Positions 25,397 through 32,000 of a DNA stretch of 32,000 bases are shown piece after piece. The notes below the pieces were generated by a model. The model had not been told where the DNA came from. It did not search any database and was given only the letters and a program-made list of their open reading frames with translations. This DNA comes from Promethearchaeum syntrophicum (GTDB lineage: Archaea > Asgardarchaeota > Lokiarchaeia > Sigyniarchaeales > Promethearchaeaceae). A program made the position numbers and the translations under genes. How positions within the stretch are numbered: the first letter of the stretch is position 1; every line of letters starts with the position of its first letter. The DNA is taken from the NCBI RefSeq assembly GCF_008000775.2, contig NZ_CP042905.2:1080001-1112000 (forward strand), given 5' to 3'.

Positions 25397-26296
25397 TTAT
25401 TTCCTGCAATATTTCTTAAGATCTCTTACACGAACCCTAAGGGTGACCTCTGTAATATGTGCTAATTTTGCAATCTCATTCTGAGTTCTTGGATTTTTAT
25501 GAATATGAGATGTTATATAGAGTGCAGCAGAGGCTAATCCTTTGGGATCTTTTCCCTCAATAAGTAATCCATGTCTTTTTGCAAATTTTAACAATCTGAT
25601 TGCATCTTGACTTACTTTCATGGGTAAATTTAATTCTTCCCCAAATTTATCGACATATCTGATTGGCCCTAAATGCATGACTTTTATGTTCATTTCAGGG
25701 AGTATTCTCATTAAAAGTAAGCGATAGCATTTTACTACATTCTTTTTTGGAGTATCCATTGCTGTAAGAATTTCTTCAACAACTCTTGGAATTCCATGAA
25801 TCTTTAGGCTTGCAAAAATGGATGCGGCCATTAAAATATCAATACTACGACCCATTGTCAGTTTTGCCTTTACCGCATTTTGATAAATTTGAATTGCATC
25901 TTTTATCACTGTATCAGGAATCCCTAGGCGTTCCTGGAGTCTTTGGAAATTAGGTAATGCTATCCAGAGATTGCGTTCATAGCTACTTGTTAGTGATCGG
26001 TGAATTTTACCTAAGCGATTAAATTTAATTTGCTCTTCGACTGGTATTAATGATCCTTTTGAATCAGTGTTTCCTCTAATTATTGTTCGTGGTCCAATTG
26101 GAGAGTAAACCGGCTCATTCTTCTTTCGCTTATTTCGCTCTTCTTGTGTAAAAGCTCTTCGTGGTGAATTATCAAATATTCGTTCGAATACTACTCCACA
26201 ATTTAAACATACATTAAAACCTTCACGATCTCCAATATTCGGGTTTGCACAACATTTTTCCTGTTTGATCAGTTCTTCTCGTCTAAAAATTTGCAT
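25397..26296 (-). CDS. tfb: transcription initiation factor IIB (TFB)
   Basis: N-terminal Zn-ribbon region (CCANPNIGDREGFNVCLNCG), a B-reader/linker, two cyclin-fold repeats (GRSIDILMAASIFASLK..., GKDPKGLASAALYITSH...) and a C-terminal HTH (TQNEIAKLAHITEVTLRVRVRDL). Confidence 0.9.
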   Translation of the reverse strand: MQIFRREELIKQEKCCANPNIGDREGFNVCLNCGVVFERIFDNSPRRAFTQEERNKRKKNEPVYSPIGPRTIIRGNTDSKGSLIPVEEQIKFNRLGKIHRSLTSSYERNLWIALPNFQRLQERLGIPDTVIKDAIQIYQNAVKAKLTMGRSIDILMAASIFASLKIHGIPRVVEEILTAMDTPKKNVVKCYRLLLMRILPEMNIKVMHLGPIRYVDKFGEELNLPMKVSQDAIRLLKFAKRHGLLIEGKDPKGLASAALYITSHIHKNPRTQNEIAKLAHITEVTLRVRVRDLKKYCRK

Positions 26297-26341
26297 TAGT
26301 TAAAATACCCCCTAAAAAAAACTCGATTTTGTTTGTTATTT

Positions 26342-26353
26342 CTTATTATAGGG
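26342..26353 (-). promoter_or_regulatory. TATA-like element for tfb (CCCTATAATAAG on the minus strand)
   Basis: It lies ~50 nt upstream of the tfb ATG. A G-rich SD-like AGGGGGT sits 13 nt before the ATG. Confidence 0.4.
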
Positions 26354-26395
26354 TATTTTTACTTATAGGTATTCTTTTAGAATATTTCCAATAAT

Positions 26396-26408
26396 CCCTA
26401 TAAAAAAT
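26396..26408 (+). promoter_or_regulatory. plus-strand TATA-like element (CCCTATAAAAAAT), inverted partner of the tfb element
   Basis: The CCCTATA core is an exact inverted repeat of 26347-26353. It would fire rightwards about 340 nt upstream of the next ORF (26774). Confidence 0.3.
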
Positions 26409-26773
26409 ATTTAGTCGGTCTGGGATAGGAAGTTTGTTGAATTGAGGGTGTTAACGTCGCAATATCTTTCCATTTTGCTTTCACAATTTTGATTCTAATT
26501 CTACCCTCTTTCCACAATGCTTACAATATATAAAATCTTGAACTCGTGATGTGGGATTTAGAGAGTGATTTTCAAATATATAAATATAAATAACCGTTTG
26601 AATTTCTGTTCTAATTCAAATGGAGTGAATAATTTAATAAGGAAAGACTCTATATTTTTTTAAAAAGAAGAAAAAATGATTTTCTATGGATTAGTAAAGA
26701 TTATGAATTCTTTATTTGGGATTATATAAACCGGTATGAGGATAGAAGAATAATTAGAGATCTTAAACCCGTA

Positions 26774-26992
26774 ATGAAATATTATGAAAAATCCCCATTC
26801 CTACTAGCTAAGCAATATTGTGATGATCCTTTATCTTTAACTGATGAAGAAATAGAGCGATTGATTTGGGAAGCAAATGCTTCAATAAGAGAAATGTTAG
26901 AATCGAATTATCCTCCCGATAATGAAGTCGTTAAAAAAATCAACGATCGCCTAAGTTATGAATTGAAATACAATCTAAAAATAATATTTTAA
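26774..26992 (+). CDS. small hypothetical protein (72 aa)
   Basis: ATG ORF with an acidic helical sequence (LTDEEIERLIWEANASIREMLESNYPPDNE). No recognisable motif. Confidence 0.4.
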   Translation: MKYYEKSPFLLAKQYCDDPLSLTDEEIERLIWEANASIREMLESNYPPDNEVVKKINDRLSYELKYNLKIIF

Positions 26993-27093
26993 ATCCATTA
27001 ATACCACATACCTAAAACTATAGAAAATTATATTCCGAATATTTTTTATTTGTACTAATTTTTATATGATAAAGAAATTGAAGGTATAGCTGA

Positions 27094-27579
27094 TTGAAAA
27101 AAACAAAAATTACAATTCTTTGCGTTGGTAATATTTGCCGTAGCCCCGTTGGTGAATATCTTCTAAGAGAATATGCCAAAGAGAGAGGTTTTTCACAATC
27201 AATTATTATTGATTCTGCTGGCTTACATGGGGGATTTTTAGAGCTTGCTAAAGATTCAAGAGACTATCTTAAAGAAAAGGGAATCGATCCTTCCGATTTT
27301 AAATCAAAAGGAATATCGAGAAAATACTTAGACCAATTTGATAATATTTGGGTAATGGCGAATTGGCATAAAAAATTCATTATAGACCATTATTACGCTG
27401 AATTGCCCAGGAAAGAAAGGCGAAAAATTAAATCAAAAATGAAAACACTTGTTGAAGTTAGTGGTGAGGGATCAGGGGATGTCACAGATCCCTATGGTTT
27501 ACCGTCTAACGAATATCTTCAAATATTAAAACAAATTGATCGTTTAAGCAAAAAAATTATAGATCAATTAAAATTTTAG
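27094..27579 (+). CDS. low-molecular-weight protein-tyrosine phosphatase
   Basis: The P-loop ILCVGNICRSPVGE gives C-x5-R-S, DSAG is present, and the general-acid motif is TDPYG. TTG start preceded by GAAGGT. Confidence 0.85.
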   Translation: MKKTKITILCVGNICRSPVGEYLLREYAKERGFSQSIIIDSAGLHGGFLELAKDSRDYLKEKGIDPSDFKSKGISRKYLDQFDNIWVMANWHKKFIIDHYYAELPRKERRKIKSKMKTLVEVSGEGSGDVTDPYGLPSNEYLQILKQIDRLSKKIIDQLKF

Positions 27580-27728
27580 GTATGATAATAATAGTTTTTT
27601 CTAAAACTTAGAAAATTCCTTAGAAAAAAATTACAAACATCTTAATATTTTTAATGATATCCCAATAAATAGGGAATAAAATTTTTCTCAGAATTAACGG
27701 AAATATTTTCTAGGGGTAAACATATTCT

Positions 27729-28316
27729 ATGGATAAAGTCGATATGAAACTACTTGCGGCAATGGAGGAGAATTCTAGGATCTCTTTGAAGAACCTCGCT
27801 CGTGATTTAAACGTAAAAACAAGCACCATTTATCACCGCTTACACAAGCTCAAAGAAAGCAATATTTTGGAGAATTTCACGATTATAATCAATCCGGAAG
27901 CGGTAGGACTTAATAAACATATCATCATGAACATCAGGTTAAAGAAGATGGTAATAGGAAAACTGGATACCATGTTTTTAGAATCATTTGGCAAATTTTT
28001 GGCTGAACAATATGAAGAAGTGTTATTTAGTTCAGTTGGCAGTGATGAGATGATTTGGATCATAGCAACTTTTAGAGATGATAAACATTATGAGCAGTTT
28101 AAATCCGAAATAAGCGAGAATCCTTACATTGAGAATTCCGAAACAGTTCTTTTAAATAGTATCTTGAAAGGGCAAAAAATCTTCAAATTTTTACCAAATT
28201 TACTGAAACAAGAAGCTAAAGGAGATTATTTTAGTGAAGATGATGAAGATGAAAAACCAGATGCAAATAAAAAGAGCAATTCAAGTGAAGATGATGAAAC
28301 CGATATCTTCTTTTAA
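27729..28316 (+). CDS. Lrp/AsnC-family transcriptional regulator with acidic C-terminal tail
   Basis: N-terminal HTH DMKLLAAMEENSRISLKNLARDLNVKTSTIYHRLHKLKESNIL, followed by an RAM-like alpha/beta domain and then a 35-aa D/E-rich tail. Confidence 0.85.
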   Translation: MDKVDMKLLAAMEENSRISLKNLARDLNVKTSTIYHRLHKLKESNILENFTIIINPEAVGLNKHIIMNIRLKKMVIGKLDTMFLESFGKFLAEQYEEVLFSSVGSDEMIWIIATFRDDKHYEQFKSEISENPYIENSETVLLNSILKGQKIFKFLPNLLKQEAKGDYFSEDDEDEKPDANKKSNSSEDDETDIFF

Positions 28317-28336
28317 AAAATTATTTTGAGTTAAAA

Positions 28337-29794
28337 TCAAATATCATCTCGAATATTCGCATAATCGATCTTTTTTTCTTCTTTGGGCATACTTTCTGGA
28401 AAATTTAATGCAACATCAAGTGGTGTTTCAATAAATTCGGGTTCTTTCACTTTATTTTCATTTTCTGTAGAATTAGATAAATTATCGATTACTTTCCTAC
28501 CCAAAGTGATATAGCCTGGATTAAATTTTTCTTCAACGGTAGAATAACTCCCTTGCTGTTCAATATTCACACTTCGTTTAATTAATTCACAAGTAGAAAT
28601 CTCGAAATAATTTAATCTATACATTTGATCGAAATATGACTTAGCTATTTCAATAAATTGACCTAAGATACAGAGAACCCTTCCATTTTCTAAGAATACG
28701 TGTAATTTTTCTACAAGCTCATTGGAATTAATAGAATCAACAATAATTCCATCAAAATTCATATTTTCCAAGTTTAAAGTTCTTAGAATGTTATCGATAT
28801 CTTTGGGATCAGGATGAGACGGGATTTTAATGACATGAACATTACTCTGATCATCGCCATTTCTGTCATAAAATTCGTGGAATAGTTTGGGAAGCGGAGT
28901 TTTTTTATTTTTAGGGCAAACGAGCAAAATATTATCACCTGGGGAACATCCAAGATGAACTAACATATATCCAATATTCTCTGGAGAATAGTATGAGAAA
29001 TATTTTGTAGATAAAAGTGGCTCTGAATTACGATTTGCAAATGTAAGGTATCCTGTATGACCATTGACTCTTCCCTTAGGCCTCGTTGCGTTTGGTTTTA
29101 CTTGAAAATCCCTTTTAATCAATTCAATTGTGTGAATATTGAAAAATTGGTTTTCTTTCAAAACTCGATGATTTTTTTTTACCTGTTCTATAGTTGGGCT
29201 AAAACAACAAATTTTTCCTTTAGGACTAAGATTTTTCACAACCTTAGGAATAGCTTCCCATGTTGTTGCTAAATCAAGCAATGCAAAATCTATTTCATGT
29301 AAATCTAAATCATCCTCGCAAATATTCATTAATTCAACGGAACAATTATCTTCAGCCTTAAACATCTTAATATTCTTTCTTGCTTGTTTAATTGCAATAT
29401 CTCTAATATCAAATGAATGGACTTGACCATTTGGACGGCAAAAAATCCCCATAAGGCTTGTAACAGTTCCACTTCCAGTTCCAGCTTCAATTATTTTAAA
29501 TCCAGATTGAATCCCGCTGTAAGTTAGGATAAGACCTATATCTTCGGGATAAATGATTTGCGATTGCCTCTTCATTGAATAAATTGTGTCTGAGAGTAGT
29601 GCAGGTAAAATTGCAACTTTTAATTTACTTGGATTAAGACGTGCAGTTTCGCCATAATTTTTTCCAATGATATCATTAAATTTTAAAAATCCTCTGTCGG
29701 AGTGAAACTCGGTATCTTCTATCGCTTTTCTTACCCATTTTCTTCGTTTATCATAAATAATGTAAACTAGATCACCATTCAATATTTTAGGCAT
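28337..29794 (-). CDS. trmI: tRNA (adenine-N1)-methyltransferase TrmI/Trm61 family with an internally duplicated, degenerate second catalytic-domain copy
   Basis: The N-terminal beta domain plus IYPEDIGLILTYSGIQSGFKIIEAGTGSGTVT...FDIRD...LDLATTWE...RPKGRVNGHTGYLTFANR is classic GCD14/TrmI. Residues ~268-434 repeat the same fold without the Gly-rich SAM loop. Confidence 0.85.
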   Translation of the reverse strand: MPKILNGDLVYIIYDKRRKWVRKAIEDTEFHSDRGFLKFNDIIGKNYGETARLNPSKLKVAILPALLSDTIYSMKRQSQIIYPEDIGLILTYSGIQSGFKIIEAGTGSGTVTSLMGIFCRPNGQVHSFDIRDIAIKQARKNIKMFKAEDNCSVELMNICEDDLDLHEIDFALLDLATTWEAIPKVVKNLSPKGKICCFSPTIEQVKKNHRVLKENQFFNIHTIELIKRDFQVKPNATRPKGRVNGHTGYLTFANRNSEPLLSTKYFSYYSPENIGYMLVHLGCSPGDNILLVCPKNKKTPLPKLFHEFYDRNGDDQSNVHVIKIPSHPDPKDIDNILRTLNLENMNFDGIIVDSINSNELVEKLHVFLENGRVLCILGQFIEIAKSYFDQMYRLNYFEISTCELIKRSVNIEQQGSYSTVEEKFNPGYITLGRKVIDNLSNSTENENKVKEPEFIETPLDVALNFPESMPKEEKKIDYANIRDDI

Positions 29795-30146
29795 TAATAT
29801 TATTAATTAAACAGATTATACAAATTTTTTTCTTTTCTTTTTTTCCCGTTTTTTATCATGGAAATCGTTGAACTAGAAGACTAGCATATGGATAGAATTT
29901 AACAGCATTTTAATATTTGGATGAGAACCCTTGTCCAAATTTCATCATTTATTAGTTCAAAATTTATTCCTTACTATTTTTATTAATCGAATTATCCAAC
30001 TATAATATGCATAAAAAAGTTTTACCAATTACATGTGTTGGATTTGTAATAATTGAAGGATTTATGAAAAGTAATATAATTAAGTATCGTAAATCAACCA
30101 GGAGGAATTTAAAACGAGCTTAATTAGTTATACAGCAAGAAGAATT

Positions 30147-31130
30147 TTGGCAATGATTCCCATATTAATTGGAGTGTTACTGATCACTTTTATTTTATCA
30201 TTAGAATTACCTGGGAGTCCTTTTAATCCAGAAGGAACAAAGATAAATCCTGAATCAACTAAAGTTGCTGAAGAATTGCTTGGTTTAGATAAACCCATAT
30301 ACACTCAACTTTGGTTATATATAAAGAGAATATTGCAAGGAGAATGGGGAAATTCAATATCTTTGGCAGATGGAATTCCAGTATGGACTTATATCTGGCA
30401 AAAAGCCCCTTTAACAATCGAACTCGCAGTACTATCACAAATTTTTGCAATAAGTATTGGAATTAGGGCGGGAGTGTTCTCTTCAGTCAATAAAAACAAC
30501 CCAAAAGATACTATTGTACGTTTTATTGCTCTTCTCGGGGTATCAATTCCAATATTCTGGTTGGGGATGGTATTGAAATATCTTTTTGCATTAGAACTTA
30601 ATCTTTTTCCAACTATCCACGGAATTTCCCCATATTATAACATAGCGCTCAATAAAGTAACTGGGTTCAACACGATAGATTCGATACTAATGGGGAGATT
30701 TGATATATTATTGGATATAATCTGGCATATGATTTTACCGGTATTTTGTTTAGCTTTTGTCGGTTTAGCTTCAATTACTCGTCAAACTCGATCAAGTATG
30801 CTTGAAGTTTTAGAATTAGATTATATTCGATCAGCAAGAGCAAAGGGATGTAAAGAAAAGGATGTAATTAATAAACACGCTTTGAAAAATGCCATGATTC
30901 CCACAATTACAATAATTGGGATTAGAATAGGGGGATTATTAGGTGGTGCAGTGCTTACAGAAACCACATTTGCCCTTGATGGTTTTGGGAGTCTAATGAT
31001 TGGTGCCATACAAAATCGGGATTATTTTGTAATTAATGCTCTCGTACTATTAACCACTGGAATCTTCATGACCGCTAATTTAGTTAGTGATATTCTCTAT
31101 GGGATAATGGATCCACGAATTAGATACTAA
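30147..31130 (+). CDS. ABC transporter permease, Opp/Dpp/Nik (peptide/nickel) family, OppB/DppB-type
   Basis: AMIPILIGVLLITFILS..., an EAA-loop region (LDYIRSARAKGCKEKDVINKHALKNAMIP) and the C-terminal DILYGIMDPRIRY are typical of OppB/DppB. The annotated TTG start truncates the conserved SYTARRIL N-terminal segment, which is in frame upstream but lacks a canonical start (see findings). Confidence 0.85.
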   Translation: MAMIPILIGVLLITFILSLELPGSPFNPEGTKINPESTKVAEELLGLDKPIYTQLWLYIKRILQGEWGNSISLADGIPVWTYIWQKAPLTIELAVLSQIFAISIGIRAGVFSSVNKNNPKDTIVRFIALLGVSIPIFWLGMVLKYLFALELNLFPTIHGISPYYNIALNKVTGFNTIDSILMGRFDILLDIIWHMILPVFCLAFVGLASITRQTRSSMLEVLELDYIRSARAKGCKEKDVINKHALKNAMIPTITIIGIRIGGLLGGAVLTETTFALDGFGSLMIGAIQNRDYFVINALVLLTTGIFMTANLVSDILYGIMDPRIRY

Positions 31131-31461
31131 GTAGATTTCATAAACTAACCATTATTTATTTTTGGATAAAAAATCCGGATTTTAGTGGATTTTGATAAAT
31201 TTCCTTCAATATTACCAAAGTTCGAAATTTTAACTATCATTTAATCATATAGTAATTTCCATTTTAACCAAATTACTTAAATAGTGGTTATTATACATTT
31301 TAGATAACTTCGGAAGATTAAGTTAAGATTTTTTTTATAATTTGATAGTGTCTTTCTTGACAGAATTATTTAATAATTAAGAAGGAAAAAATCGTTAAAA
31401 CATTAAATATTGATGGATCTATAACCAGATTTTATAACCTGAATTAGGAGCAAAAAATAAT

Positions 31462-32000
31462 ATGAGTGAAATCACATACGCAGAAATAGAGAAGGCTGAA
31501 TCTATTGATTTAGAAAAAGAATTAACGTTTAAAAATCAATTTAGTGAGTTAATTTCTCCACATTATTTAAAATATCAGTTTAAAAGAAATGAAATTGATG
31601 AAACGTTGAAGTTACGAAAGTTTGTTTTGAACAAATATAAGAGTAAACGAAGTTTATTACGAAGAATTAAATCTCCTTTAACTTATGTGGGAATAATAAT
31701 ACTAGTAGCAATTGTTACTTTTGCAGTTTTTGCCGCTTGGCTCTCGCCATATACAGTACAAGAACTTCAGGGCATTGATATGAGTCGATCAGAATATCAA
31801 CCCCCAGATGCGCAACACATTTTAGGTACGACAGAATTCGGTCAGGATGTATTTGGAAGATTAATGTGGGGAGGTAGGGTATCTTTAACTCTTGGATTAG
31901 GAGCAATTGGAATCAGCGTAGTAGCTGGAGTTATTATTGGAGTTTTTTCGGCTTATACCGGAGGAATTATTGATTCCATAATAATGCGCATCGCGGATAT
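31462..32000 (+). CDS. ABC transporter permease, Opp/Dpp family, OppC/DppC-type (3'-truncated by window edge)
   Basis: ATG at 31462 with AGGAG at 31446-31450, open to the window end and absent from the ORF track. The translation contains ...SPLTYVGIIILVAIVTFAVFAAWLSPY...HILGTTEFGQDVFGRLMWGGRVSLTLGLGAIGISVVAGVIIGVFSAYTGG..., the OppC N-terminal plus TMD signature. Confidence 0.8.
   Translation, partial: MSEITYAEIEKAESIDLEKELTFKNQFSELISPHYLKYQFKRNEIDETLKLRKFVLNKYKSKRSLLRRIKSPLTYVGIIILVAIVTFAVFAAWLSPYTVQELQGIDMSRSEYQPPDAQHILGTTEFGQDVFGRLMWGGRVSLTLGLGAIGISVVAGVIIGVFSAYTGGIIDSIIMRIAD

Noticed and set aside
26398-26517. 40-codon minus-strand ORF in the tfb upstream gap (TTG start; MWKEGRIRIKIVKAKWKDIATLTPSIQQTSYPRPTKYFL)
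   Set aside because: It has no ATG, no SD, and a TATA-like run too close to the start for a normal promoter geometry. I cannot distinguish it from chance. It remains an alternative explanation for the GC-richer island.
27094-27579. Arsenate reductase (LMW-PTP-type ArsC) function for the phosphatase
   Set aside because: Only the P-loop cysteines are present. The downstream Cys pair needed for the ArsC disulfide cascade is absent, and no ars genes are nearby. I kept it as a protein-tyrosine phosphatase.
29915-29940. Perfect 7-bp hairpin ATTTGGA-n12-TCCAAAT in the trmI/permease divergent intergenic region
   Set aside because: It is short, AT-rich and isolated, with no flanking T-tract or repeated copies. 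The evidence is insufficient for a regulatory call.
1-32000. Remaining short track ORFs: 804..1028, 1519..1737, 1763..1999, 2513..2698, 3030..3254, 3547..3747, 4029..4250, 6007..6195, 10769..10990, 11103..11315, 12650..12919, 13615..13836, 15118..15348, 18278..18460, 18581..18763, 19108..19296, 19984..20184, 21546..21728, 24021..24254, 27833..28063, 29057..29272, 30259..30450, 30821..31009, 31715..31906
   Set aside because: Each one overlaps a longer ORF, mostly antisense or out of frame, that has recognisable domains or a coherent TM pattern. Their compositions (I/F/L/S/N-rich) are what AT-rich shadow frames produce.
1-32000. CRISPR arrays, tRNA/rRNA genes, IS elements, integrases, prophage genes
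   Set aside because: I scanned the intergenic regions and found no regularly spaced direct repeats. There are no GC-rich tRNA-like islands with T-loop motifs, no terminal inverted repeats flanking an ORF, and no transposase- or integrase-like ORF.

Overview
AT-rich, gene-dense chromosomal segment that is clearly archaeal. It encodes transcription factor B, a three-gene replication factor C clamp-loader operon, an Lrp/AsnC regulator and a TrmI-type tRNA methyltransferase. A Lokiarchaeia/Asgard-like origin is only a guess from composition and the many long low-complexity proteins. I support about 30 protein-coding genes, two of them truncated by the window edges and absent from the ORF track (2..229 + and 31462..>32000 +). 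I found no rRNA, tRNA, CRISPR array, transposase or integrase. Content from left to right:
- a three-gene membrane/secreted-protein cluster;
- a SAM methyltransferase;
- an orphan two-gene operon (581-aa coiled-coil protein plus a PNPOx-like/Cys-rich fusion);
- a polytopic-membrane EEP phosphoesterase next to a membrane acyltransferase-like protein;
- a PadR-regulated heterodimeric ABC exporter;
- a GNAT-fold protein;
- rfcS-rfcS2-rfcL;
- a restriction-modification-like cassette (active beta-class DNA MTase, motif-dead MTase paralogue, small nuclease candidate);
- an MFS transporter, a YhhN/lysoplasmalogenase-family protein and tfb;
- an LMW protein-tyrosine phosphatase, Lrp/AsnC and a duplicated TrmI;
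- two Opp/Dpp-type ABC permeases.
A theme visible directly in the sequence is an active enzyme paired or fused with a paralogue whose catalytic or cofactor motifs are ablated: TrmI copy 1/copy 2, DNA MTase/pseudo-MTase, RFC-S1/RFC-S2, and the two ABC halves. The most interesting candidates are (i) the TrmI internal duplication, which mimics eukaryotic Trm61/Trm6; (ii) the M/pseudo-M/R cassette, whose active MTase ends in a basic tail with a PIP-box-like motif; and (iii) the Walker-B-less second RFC small subunit. All functional calls come from motif recognition by eye. No database search was run.
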